NCBI GenBank assembly: GCA_964478335.1 | Contig: CAYZIC010000001.1 | Coordinates: 3,638 to 67,637 of the forward strand | Length of the DNA: 64,000 bases | Reading direction: 5' to 3' | From: an uncultured Lentisphaeraceae bacterium | GTDB lineage: Bacteria; Verrucomicrobiota; Kiritimatiellia; RFP12; DVOR01 | Shown here: one piece after another, positions 47,382-55,560 of the stretch | Layout of the letters: each line of letters begins with the position of its first letter | How positions within the stretch are numbered: the stretch's first letter is position 1 | The notes under the pieces: model-generated | What the model was told of the DNA's origin: nothing | The model's input: the letters and a program-made list of their open reading frames with translations, nothing else | Database searches by the model: none | Translations under genes and position numbers: made by a program

Positions 47382-47855
47382 TTAGCCAATGATCAAGTTT
47401 TCGTTTGCCAATTCGAGGTAGCGTTCAATAAACTCCTCGTCGGTGTCTGCCTCGATCTGGTCGCAGATACTGTCGTCCATCAGATTGCGGATTGCATCCA
47501 TGCCCACTTCTTCGATTGCTTCGGCAGGAGTGGTAAAGCTAAGGCCGTTATCAACGGAGATAGCAGCGTCTGCACCAAGCTCGAATGCTTCGAGCGTGCC
47601 AATCTGCGTGTACACGTCTACTAACTCGCACTCACCAAGGTTAACCCATCCGTATTGCGTTTCGATTGCAACGTATAGGCCAAACTCCTCGGATGCGTAA
47701 ACCTTAATTTGTTCACCTTGAGCATCATTGCCTTCGTACGCTAAAAATGCAAACGATACGTTGTCCGCATCGAAACCAACGTCTGCTGCGATAAGTGCTG
47801 CGGACTCTTCTGCTGTTAGCTTGCGGGTGTTTTTGATTGAGTTAATTGTTTTCAT
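47382..47855 (-). CDS. very acidic hypothetical protein (candidate DNA-mimic/anti-defense)
   Basis: 157 aa from the internal ATG at 47855 (RBS AAAAGGAACACGACC). D/E-rich throughout. The ORF-track N-terminal extension lacks an RBS. Confidence 0.5.
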   Translation of the reverse strand: MKTINSIKNTRKLTAEESAALIAADVGFDADNVSFAFLAYEGNDAQGEQIKVYASEEFGLYVAIETQYGWVNLGECELVDVYTQIGTLEAFELGADAAISVDNGLSFTTPAEAIEEVGMDAIRNLMDDSICDQIEADTDEEFIERYLELANENLIIG

Positions 47856-47954
47856 GGTCGTGTTCCTTTTTTGTTGGTTGGTTGATTGTGTTTTGTCTCT
47901 TAAAACGCCTCTATTATAGCGTATTTGTGCTATTGTTACAATAGCAAATATACA

Positions 47955-48000
47955 AAAAAGTGCAAAAAAATGCACTTTTTGGGGTATTTTGGGGTATTTT
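47955..48000. promoter_or_regulatory. operator-like inverted repeat (AAAAAGTGCA-N7-TGCACTTTTT) plus 2x GGGGTATTTT direct repeat upstream of the accessory-gene operon
   Basis: Perfect 10-bp inverted arms, with direct repeats adjacent. The element lies in the 5' region of the minus-strand genes. Confidence 0.4.
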
Positions 48001-48023
48001 TGTTTTTTTTAGGGGGCTGGATG

Positions 48024-48054
48024 CAAAAAAACCGCAGTTTTAGCTGCGGTTTTT
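48024..48054. terminator. bidirectional rho-independent terminator
   Basis: The sequence is AAAAAAA-CCGCAG-TTTTA-GCTGCGG-TTTTT. It lies 23 nt downstream of the stop of the minus-strand gene ending at 48077. Confidence 0.65.
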
Positions 48055-48076
48055 GCCCTTATATATAAGGATGGGG

Positions 48077-48790
48077 TCAAATTGTCGGGATACTAAAGGC
48101 TGGCGGGGCACTATCGAGGGTGACCAGGCTGCTGGCATGGAGGTCGATCGACCCCTCCTTTGCGTCTGCGACCGCAGTCGAACTTGGTCGAATTGCAAAA
48201 GTCACGTGTGGTATTGTATGACCGTATGCGACTGCCTCGGCCCTGGCCGTCATAGCCATTGGTAGTATCTCGCTGTAAGGCTGCCCCTGCACTATATCGG
48301 TTGTAAGTGTTGCCAGCTGCTGGCAGGCGGCAGGGTTTACGGTTGACGGCTTGGCGCCAATGGACAGCAAGATATCGACGGTTGCAGTACCAACAATTGC
48401 AAGAGACGAGCAGTCCCCAATAAGGCGTATCGTTCGGCGGCCAGCAGGCCTCCCTGAAACGAAACTCACGGAAGAATAGGCGTCTGTGGTCAGCTCGACC
48501 GGGTAACTTGTCTCTGATTGCTCGAAGCGGAACGCATAGGCAGCCGACAGGCTGCTGCCATAGACGACGGTAGGCTCTAACGTGTCAACCTTGCTAGACG
48601 CAGCTCCGCTCGCCTCTCGCTGGATAATTGCCGCGACTGGCCTGCTTGACAAGTCAACCGTATCACTCGAGTGTCTCTGCGACGCAAAAGCTGTCGCAGT
48701 GCGGCCGCTGTGGGGATTGGCGGTGCGGAGGATAACTTTGCCGCTTGCGCCGATCAGCAGGTGCCGATTATGAGTGAGGAGGGTTGCCAT
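48077..48790 (-). CDS. phage tail-associated hypothetical protein
   Basis: 237 aa from the ATG at 48790, 4 nt after the upstream stop. It is the last gene of the structural module. Confidence 0.45.
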   Translation of the reverse strand: MATLLTHNRHLLIGASGKVILRTANPHSGRTATAFASQRHSSDTVDLSSRPVAAIIQREASGAASSKVDTLEPTVVYGSSLSAAYAFRFEQSETSYPVELTTDAYSSVSFVSGRPAGRRTIRLIGDCSSLAIVGTATVDILLSIGAKPSTVNPAACQQLATLTTDIVQGQPYSEILPMAMTARAEAVAYGHTIPHVTFAIRPSSTAVADAKEGSIDLHASSLVTLDSAPPAFSIPTI

Positions 48791-48794
48791 GGCG

Positions 48795-49865
48795 TTACTC
48801 AAAGATGTGGTTATTGTCGTGAGGCTCAAATGCCACGATGAGCGACGGATTGGTGGCGACGGTGATGCGTTGGTTGGCATCGACCTTGACCAGCTTGGCC
48901 GTGATGCCGTCGTCCGTGACGGTTAAGTCACCTGCGAGAGTTGTCGGTGGCACATATTGGCCGAGCTGGTATGGTCCTCTCTGATACTGCGTGATCGAGG
49001 CATTGCCTAGTACTGCGACAATCATCGATACAACCGTACCAGACTCTTTTGCGGTCGAGAGATGCCAGGTAAAATCATAGGTGTGACTCTGCGCATCGAT
49101 TATTTTTTTGACGGCCTTGATATGCAAATAGACGGGGCCAGCGTAGGTGTCATCAGCCACCGGATGCCACGGGGTGTCATACGTCCCGCTATAGGTTACC
49201 GTTGCGCCGCCGAGCGCATTGACGCAGCCCTCGTATTGAGGCGCAGTACCTAAAAACATCTCAAACTTTTTGCCATTAATCCTGGCATCAAAGATCTCGA
49301 TCTTGCCGCTCCCGCCAGAGACTGCGGTAATCGCGGACGTGACATAGGGGATCACGTGGACATTATAATCGTCAGATCGGATATTGAGCTCATCGCCGTG
49401 GAGGACAGGCACAACTCGCGCGATCCTTACAAAAATATCAGACTTGCTGCGTAACGCATCGAGCTCATCGCTCGTTAGACTTGCGTGATACTTGCAATAC
49501 GCGCTATCTCCTCCGCCAATCCTGATGGCTGCATACACATCCACGGACGAGGATAGGCGAGTAGGCGACCAAGTTGACATCGTCTCGCCATGCGCAACTT
49601 TGACCCATCTGGCATACGCATCGGAGGTCGCTCGCCCCTCAATATCCGCACCCTTGTTGTCGCAATAAACGGACTCGACAGACGACAGACACCCACTGGT
49701 GTGATAGACAATAATCGATTTATTTTTATAAGAGTACCTGACCTCAAAAGGGTGAGGAGGCCTGCGGGCGTTGCGGCTTGAGGCAGGGGATGGAGAGGCA
49801 AGATTTTGCGATCCGAGGAGCGCTGCCAACTGTGCGGCCGTTGTGTCTGAGAGTAATTTTGCCAT
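48795..49865 (-). CDS. phage tail fiber/receptor-binding-like protein
   Basis: 356 aa from the ATG at 49865 (MAKLLSDTT...), with a beta-rich composition. It lies at the distal end of the tail module. Confidence 0.45.
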   Translation of the reverse strand: MAKLLSDTTAAQLAALLGSQNLASPSPASSRNARRPPHPFEVRYSYKNKSIIVYHTSGCLSSVESVYCDNKGADIEGRATSDAYARWVKVAHGETMSTWSPTRLSSSVDVYAAIRIGGGDSAYCKYHASLTSDELDALRSKSDIFVRIARVVPVLHGDELNIRSDDYNVHVIPYVTSAITAVSGGSGKIEIFDARINGKKFEMFLGTAPQYEGCVNALGGATVTYSGTYDTPWHPVADDTYAGPVYLHIKAVKKIIDAQSHTYDFTWHLSTAKESGTVVSMIVAVLGNASITQYQRGPYQLGQYVPPTTLAGDLTVTDDGITAKLVKVDANQRITVATNPSLIVAFEPHDNNHIFE

Positions 49866-49878
49866 AGTCAAAAGATCC

Positions 49879-50232
49879 TTACTTAACAAATAATTTGGCA
49901 ACGCTGGCAAAAATCGACTGCCCGCCGACAGAGATGAGCAACGCAGCCCCCAGCCAGATAATCGCACGATCTCGTCCCCTGAGGATACCCTCGTACTTAG
50001 ACTCAACGGCCCTGACAATCCCGTCGCAATCCGCTCGCTCCTGCTTGATCCGCTGGTCAATTTTGGCCAGCGTCTTGCCCTGCTCAGAGATCAGTCTGAG
50101 GCAGAGTAGGCTCAGGTTGATCGACACGGCACTCGCAGCAGGTGCCCCCTCTTTTTTGAGATCCTCAAGGGCACTTTTTGCCTCCTCCACCTGCTGCTGC
50201 ATCAGCGTCGCCTCTGTTGTTGATATGCACAT
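49879..50232 (-). CDS. hypothetical prophage protein with coiled coil and C-terminal TM
   Basis: 117 aa with a C-terminal hydrophobic helix (AIIWLGAALLISVGGQSIFASVAKLFV). Confidence 0.4.
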   Translation of the reverse strand: MCISTTEATLMQQQVEEAKSALEDLKKEGAPAASAVSINLSLLCLRLISEQGKTLAKIDQRIKQERADCDGIVRAVESKYEGILRGRDRAIIWLGAALLISVGGQSIFASVAKLFVK

Positions 50233-50296
50233 CGCCTAATACTCCTTGACAAAAAAATAAATAAATGATACCTTAGCTCCAAAAAAAAGGAGCTCC

Positions 50297-50488
50297 ATGA
50301 AAAAACTGTTTACCGAATTAAGCAAAATCGCTATCGCCTTGGCGATCTCTCTCGCCATCGGCCTGGCCATCGCAGAGATCCTCTTTAGCCTGCAACGCAG
50401 CTACTCAATGACCATCGGACACGCCAGGCTAATCATCCCCATTATCATCTATCTCGCAATCGAGCGACATTGCCTCAAGGATGATTAG
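50297..50488 (+). CDS. small hydrophobic two-TM peptide (toxin-like/holin-like), opposite strand to the phage genes
   Basis: 63 aa with a strong RBS AAAAGGAGCTCC. An inverted repeat AGCTCC-A8-GGAGCT overlaps the RBS. A TTGACA -35-like element lies upstream. Confidence 0.4.
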   Translation: MKKLFTELSKIAIALAISLAIGLAIAEILFSLQRSYSMTIGHARLIIPIIIYLAIERHCLKDD

Positions 50489-50499
50489 CCGCTACGCTG

Positions 50500-50805
50500 C
50501 TACTTGGTTAACGATATAGGCAGATCGGTCTCGGGCGAGATCGTTTGCGTGGGTGTGGCCGTGGTCGACTCTTCGCCCTCGTTTTGTGCCATGATGTCTG
50601 CCGAGAGGATGGAGAGGGATCTGCGACCGTCGTCTGTGTCGGGGGTGCGTGGATCACCTGGCACCTTGCCGACAGTGATGGTGCAGTCTCGGACATTGAG
50701 GGTAATTGCGTTGGAGCGTGACGGGGTCATCCCCATGCCTGCGCAGCCCGTAAGAGCGAGTAGCGCAGGGATGGCGAGGAGGGTGAGTAGGTGTGTTTTT
50801 TGCAT
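50500..50805 (-). CDS. lipoprotein, hypothetical (prophage)
   Basis: A lipobox (LALTGC) and a Pro/Thr-rich mature part are present. Confidence 0.5.
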   Translation of the reverse strand: MQKTHLLTLLAIPALLALTGCAGMGMTPSRSNAITLNVRDCTITVGKVPGDPRTPDTDDGRRSLSILSADIMAQNEGEESTTATPTQTISPETDLPISLTK

Positions 50806-50816
50806 GATTGCGTCCT

Positions 50817-50990
50817 TTATTTATCAGAATCCTTGGAGCAAATGAGGCCGCCAGCTGTGATGATGACGGGTACGACAAGCTGCCAGTTAGCGGTCGTTGT
50901 GGGGTCGTTGTCCCATTGCGCAGCGAGCTGCGTAGCGACGACCGAGACGACAGTGAGAATGGCGGCGGTGGTGGTTTTCCAGTTTTTCAT
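50817..50990 (-). CDS. small membrane protein, hypothetical
   Basis: MKNWKTTTAAILTVVSVVATQL is a single TM. The start at 50990 has a weak AAGGAC RBS. Confidence 0.35.
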   Translation of the reverse strand: MKNWKTTTAAILTVVSVVATQLAAQWDNDPTTTANWQLVVPVIITAGGLICSKDSDK

Positions 50991-51149
50991 TTTTTTTAGT
51001 CCTTTTTTAAGGGTTAGTAAAATCATTAAGCGGGTCGTAAACAGATGCGATCTGTATCGTGGCTAGCCAGTGGCAGCAGTCGTAGCGCATGGCCGAGTAG
51101 CCGACAACGAGGGCGACCGCAGCGAGGACGATAGCGATGAGCCATTGCA

Positions 51150-51845
51150 TTACTTCGTCTCCTGGCCGTCATAGTATGGCGGTGGCGTGAGCGGATAATC
51201 GTCCCAGTTTGGCTCCTCGATCGGCTCTGGTTTTGGCTTAGGCGAGATGTCAAAGGCGATGCGTTGCGGTTGGGGAGTCATTGGCGCGGCCATCATGCGG
51301 CTGCGCATCATGGGTTGAGGTGCGAGAGCCATCGCAGGGTCAACCAAAACGCCCCCTCTAAAATCGTAGTGCTTGCCACCGATGAGGCCGCTCCACGTAC
51401 GGCCTCGGCGGACGCCCGCATCGCTCACGAGCAGGAGCTGACCGCTCTCAAAATTGCGCAATGCTCCGCCAAAGCGAACTCTGCGTGATGGCGTGATGCG
51501 CTTGGCGTTGACGGCTTCGGGGAGGGTAATTGTGTAGCGATAGGTGTTGTAATTACCCTGCTCTTTACTCGGCCAGCTGCACTGCTCCTCGCCTGCAAAA
51601 ACGGATACCGCTTTTTTTGTGCCAGTAAACCGAAACTCCATCGAGGGAGCTGCTGTCGGCTCTTTGCTAAATGATACATAGATATCGGCTGTCCTGCCGT
51701 CATCGGCGACTTTTATTGACTCGACACGGCCACGGAGGTCGGGTTGCACGATGGCGTAGGGGTCTGCCTCAAATGTGGTGACCACGGGGGTGTCAAGGGC
51801 AAGGCAAACGCTTGCCATCATCGATAAAAATAGTGCTAGTCTCAT
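51150..51845 (-). CDS. secreted hypothetical protein with a Pro-rich C-terminus (prophage)
   Basis: A signal peptide is present. The gene overlaps its neighbour's start (operonic). Confidence 0.45.
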   Translation of the reverse strand: MRLALFLSMMASVCLALDTPVVTTFEADPYAIVQPDLRGRVESIKVADDGRTADIYVSFSKEPTAAPSMEFRFTGTKKAVSVFAGEEQCSWPSKEQGNYNTYRYTITLPEAVNAKRITPSRRVRFGGALRNFESGQLLLVSDAGVRRGRTWSGLIGGKHYDFRGGVLVDPAMALAPQPMMRSRMMAAPMTPQPQRIAFDISPKPKPEPIEEPNWDDYPLTPPPYYDGQETK

Positions 51846-52162
51846 TGGTTGCCTCCTACTTGTTGCCTCAGCTCTTGCAAGGCTTGGTTAAGCTTGCCCA
51901 TTAGTTGGCCATTGATCTCTGCGGTGGTGTCAGCCCCGTAAAGGCGAGCTTGGGCAAGCTCTACTCGATTGAGGGATACTGTGATGTTTACCCCTCGGTT
52001 TGTGTAATGGAGCCGTGGCATCTCGGGATCGTCCCAGTCCATCGTCACCATCTGCGGGATCGTGGGTTTTGGTTTGGGCGGGTCAGGCTTGCCCACGCCG
52101 TCTAAGCCCATGGCGAAGCAGTACCAGACGCAGAGTCCGCCAAAAAGTAAGCCCTTGCTCAT
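51842..52162 (-). CDS. small secreted hypothetical protein
   Basis: A signal peptide is present. Stop and start codons overlap the neighbours. Confidence 0.4.
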   Translation of the reverse strand: MSKGLLFGGLCVWYCFAMGLDGVGKPDPPKPKPTIPQMVTMDWDDPEMPRLHYTNRGVNITVSLNRVELAQARLYGADTTAEINGQLMGKLNQALQELRQQVGGNQ

Positions 52163-52935
52163 GGTGTCACCTCGTCAGCCAGTGGCGTGAGGTCGTCCAC
52201 TAAAACCCCGCCAACAAAGTTGAGCACGGTGCCATCATCGGCCGTGATTGTAACAGTCTTGCCCTTTGCTCCGTTTACGCTAAGCCCCCCGTAAATCGGG
52301 AAGCCGTAGCCATCAGACACTGCGCCATCGGGCGAGGCGACTACTTTCCAAAAGTGCTGACCTTGCGGCCTTGCGGACGTGTAGGTGTAGCAGACACCGC
52401 TTGTCTTGTCTGCTGGGTTGGGGACTGTGGTGGGGTAGCTGCATACCCACTTTTCGGTCTTAAAGCCACTGAGCGTGGTCGACCCCATCATCTCGAGCTG
52501 TGACGCGGCCGCTGGTACTTGGCTGCACCAAAGGGTGATCACCGCTTCGGCCTCCGTAAACTTGAGGTCAACGATCTGCAGTTCGCCCGTGTATGGCGGG
52601 ATGCCAGTCAAAACTGAGATGCTGTTTGCATAGGCTTGCAACCACCAGATGCCATCACGTGTGGCATCGTTAATCTCGGCCGTCAAGCTGTCGATTGTCG
52701 TCTGCATGGTGGTCAGCTCTGCCTCTTGAGCGGAGACTTTGGCACTGACTGCGTCTGCCTTTGACTCAACCGCTTTGACTTGTTGGCCAGAGGCGATCGC
52801 ACCTTTGGGGTAGACCTCTTTGCCATCAGTGGTGATCAAGGCTCGAGCGACATTGGCTGGCATCGGTGGGAGGCCTTGAGCGGATAATTGCAATGTGCAT
52901 ATTATGCACATTGCTAATAGGGGCTGCTTAATCAT
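52159..52935 (-). CDS. secreted protein with coiled-coil, tail fiber-associated
   Basis: A signal peptide and a coiled-coil segment are present. It lies directly downstream of the tail fiber gene. Confidence 0.4.
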   Translation of the reverse strand: MIKQPLLAMCIICTLQLSAQGLPPMPANVARALITTDGKEVYPKGAIASGQQVKAVESKADAVSAKVSAQEAELTTMQTTIDSLTAEINDATRDGIWWLQAYANSISVLTGIPPYTGELQIVDLKFTEAEAVITLWCSQVPAAASQLEMMGSTTLSGFKTEKWVCSYPTTVPNPADKTSGVCYTYTSARPQGQHFWKVVASPDGAVSDGYGFPIYGGLSVNGAKGKTVTITADDGTVLNFVGGVLVDDLTPLADEVTP

Positions 52936-54101
52936 TACTTGACCTCCTTGAGTACGAGGGTTTGGAGATTATCATCGTAGGCGATGACGCACTTTTTGTT
53001 GTCGACTGTGTGAGTTGTGCGGGCGTCTAAGTCGCTTTTTCGGGCGATTGCCGTCGGCTGAGTCGGGTCTAGGTGGTAAAACGTATGGTTGTCGCCAACC
53101 TTGTAGTCGATCTTGTCGAGCTCTAATGCCGAGTAGTCAAACGTTTGATTGGTCGAGGATCTCACGGCAAATCCGCCAGCAATGTTGGTGCCTGTATTTT
53201 TTGCCAATGCCCAATAGTACTTTGCGGGATAGAGTACCAGCCCGCCATTTTTGAGCCACTCTGTCCCCGCCTTACCATCGATCGAGCCCTGCAATCCTGC
53301 AATCTCACCGATCGAGTAGCTGGGCTTAGTGGCGGCCTTTGCCCATGCTTTAATAGTTGGGTCTACCTCTTTAGTGAGGTAGCCGCCTTTGGGCTGTGAA
53401 TAGGCCTTGAGCGCTGCGATCGTGGCCAAACTCGACACGCCAGGCTGGTCGCGATAGGTGGTAAGGTCGCTGAGGCCATCTCGCATCATGAGGGCAGATG
53501 CGCCCTGCGCCAATAAAAGCTGCGTGCGATCGCCCATAAGGATTGCGCCAGCCTGCATCTGCTTGTCATCCGGGTTGGCGTATCGACTAATTTGGATGAG
53601 CGCACCGTCTGCGCCATTGCCCATCTGCACGACTTGATCTTGCGGCGCAAACTGGATTACGCCATCACCACTATTTAGATTAGCGATAAAGCTAGCTGTT
53701 GCACCGCCCTTGATCTCGCCAATCGAGTAGCTCGGCTTGCTCGCAGCTTTAGCCCAGGCCTTGATGGTGGGGTCGGCCTCAGTGGTGAGGTAATTGCCCT
53801 TGGGCTGCTTGCCGGCCAACGCACCCTGCAATCCCGTGATGGTGCTAATGGCCTGCGTATGGGCGGCTGGCGCAAAGGTTGCGGGCTTGCCTGAGATGAT
53901 ATCCCAGCTTACTGCGTCAAGGTAGCCTAGCGATTGGATAAAGTTGCGCAGCGTTTGATCGAGGTCGTCTCGCTGCTCGGTTACGTAGGTCACGACCTCC
54001 TCAGCGGTGAGTAGCTTGTCGTCATTGTAGAGATCCTCTTTGGCTGTGCCTGCTGGTGTGGCGACTGCTGCGAGGGTGGTGAATAAAATTACGTTAATCA
54101 T
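52935..54101 (-). CDS. phage tail fiber protein with an internal ~40-aa duplication
   Basis: The repeat (DPTIKAWAKAASKPSYSIGEI) occurs twice. The position and size are fiber-like. Confidence 0.55.
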   Translation of the reverse strand: MINVILFTTLAAVATPAGTAKEDLYNDDKLLTAEEVVTYVTEQRDDLDQTLRNFIQSLGYLDAVSWDIISGKPATFAPAAHTQAISTITGLQGALAGKQPKGNYLTTEADPTIKAWAKAASKPSYSIGEIKGGATASFIANLNSGDGVIQFAPQDQVVQMGNGADGALIQISRYANPDDKQMQAGAILMGDRTQLLLAQGASALMMRDGLSDLTTYRDQPGVSSLATIAALKAYSQPKGGYLTKEVDPTIKAWAKAATKPSYSIGEIAGLQGSIDGKAGTEWLKNGGLVLYPAKYYWALAKNTGTNIAGGFAVRSSTNQTFDYSALELDKIDYKVGDNHTFYHLDPTQPTAIARKSDLDARTTHTVDNKKCVIAYDDNLQTLVLKEVK

Positions 54102-54628
54102 TGCTTGTCTCCGATCTCTTTGAGGGCTGCGATGAGCCCGTTAAGCGTTTGCTTGACATCCTTGTCACGGTAACGATCTGGCACCGCTGCGACCGCTGAG
54201 AGGACGGTCTCGAGCATCTCCACCGTCACTGGACGAGAGACCTCTGTTGGCCCAATGCCAGAGCCTAAGCCAAAAGGATTGATCGCGATCATCGTATCGG
54301 ATGATGAGATAAAGTGGTAGTCGTCGCCGACGACGACTGAGACTGGATAGTGCTTGGTCAAGCGGTCGCCCGCCTTGGCCACCTCGACCAGGTAATCGAC
54401 CATCTCGTTAGTCCGGGTATCAAGCTCAAAAGTGCCATCAGGCGCAATCTTTGCAGACGCAAGGATATCGTTAGTGGCTGGATTGCGCAGCTCGACCTTG
54501 AGGCCTGTGATGCCAGCAAGCCCGAGTTTATCAAAGTTAAGCACTTTGGCCCGCTCAATCGAGTAAGCAGCCAATACGCTTGGGCCAAAAGAGCAGCCAC
54601 GGCGATTAAGATCTATGATTAAGTTCAT
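54098..54628 (-). CDS. phage tail/baseplate-associated protein
   Basis: 176 aa, lying between the distal tail protein and the fiber and overlapping their stop and start codons. Confidence 0.35.
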   Translation of the reverse strand: MNLIIDLNRRGCSFGPSVLAAYSIERAKVLNFDKLGLAGITGLKVELRNPATNDILASAKIAPDGTFELDTRTNEMVDYLVEVAKAGDRLTKHYPVSVVVGDDYHFISSSDTMIAINPFGLGSGIGPTEVSRPVTVEMLETVLSAVAAVPDRYRDKDVKQTLNGLIAALKEIGDKQ

Positions 54629-54630
54629 TT

Positions 54631-55560
54631 TTACTCCTCGTTAAAAAACCACTGCTTGTACCAGGTGGCCGATTTATGTTTTGCAATCCTCTTAAAAACA
54701 GGTGTGCCCGTAAAATTACGCTCGCCTTTTTCGTTGAGTAGGACTGGAGATGTCGACGGAATTGCCTCGCCAGTCTCCTCGTCGATCTCCGTCGCACGAG
54801 CGATAAGTCCGCACGATTGCCGCTTGACAAGATAACCTTGCAGCACGATGGCCACGTCGTGGCCGATGTCGATAAGCTCATCGTCGATCGTGACCATATT
54901 GTGGTCTTGTATGGCGACGGTAATCGTGTATCGCCACAGCCATGTCGGATCGTCATAAACTCGAGCCGCGCTCACTGACAAGAGCCCGCATCGCGGCTCA
55001 ACGGTTCGGCCGTCTAGCTTAATGCGATTTGCATTAACGGTGCCAGACGCGGCGAGGATTGACGCAGGGATTGCCTTGGCATGGCGTGTAATCGTAAAGA
55101 CTGGCCGATCGATCTCCGTTTGTATCGCTGACGCAAGCGGCTCTAAGGTCACGGGCATGACGATCGCCTCGCCTGTCTCGGCATCCTTGAGCAGGTCGAC
55201 GGTTGAGCGTTGCATGGTCCAGGATCGATCCACCTCTTGCTGCACTGGCAGCTCAGGATCGCTCCCACCTGAGCCACCTCCTCCAGAGACTTCCTCGCTG
55301 CGTTCGTAGGTCGCGGTAAAAATAGCGATACCATATTCAAATGCGCAGCTATACTTTGTCAAGCGCAGCCGCTGGTCGGTTGGCGTATAGAGCGAGCCGT
55401 ATGGCGGCAATCCCGCCCGATCAGGCGTGATATCGCTGGGCACGACACTGGCCAGAGGCGACCAAACTTTGTACTGTCGAGAGACCGACTCGATCTGGCC
55501 GCTCACGTCGCGGTCTACTCTGAGCCCGCCTGCGATCTCTGCGTGGATATAGTGTGCCAT
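54631..55560 (-). CDS. phage distal tail protein-like
   Basis: 309 aa, immediately downstream of the tape measure gene with a start/stop overlap. Confidence 0.4.
   Translation of the reverse strand: MAHYIHAEIAGGLRVDRDVSGQIESVSRQYKVWSPLASVVPSDITPDRAGLPPYGSLYTPTDQRLRLTKYSCAFEYGIAIFTATYERSEEVSGGGGSGGSDPELPVQQEVDRSWTMQRSTVDLLKDAETGEAIVMPVTLEPLASAIQTEIDRPVFTITRHAKAIPASILAASGTVNANRIKLDGRTVEPRCGLLSVSAARVYDDPTWLWRYTITVAIQDHNMVTIDDELIDIGHDVAIVLQGYLVKRQSCGLIARATEIDEETGEAIPSTSPVLLNEKGERNFTGTPVFKRIAKHKSATWYKQWFFNEE

Noticed and set aside
48077-54101. Searched the tail fiber region for a diversity-generating retroelement (template/variable repeat pair plus reverse transcriptase)
   Set aside because: No reverse-transcriptase-like ORF (no YxDD motif) is present in the window, and no long near-identical repeat pair was evident by eye. 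It cannot be excluded without a computational repeat search.
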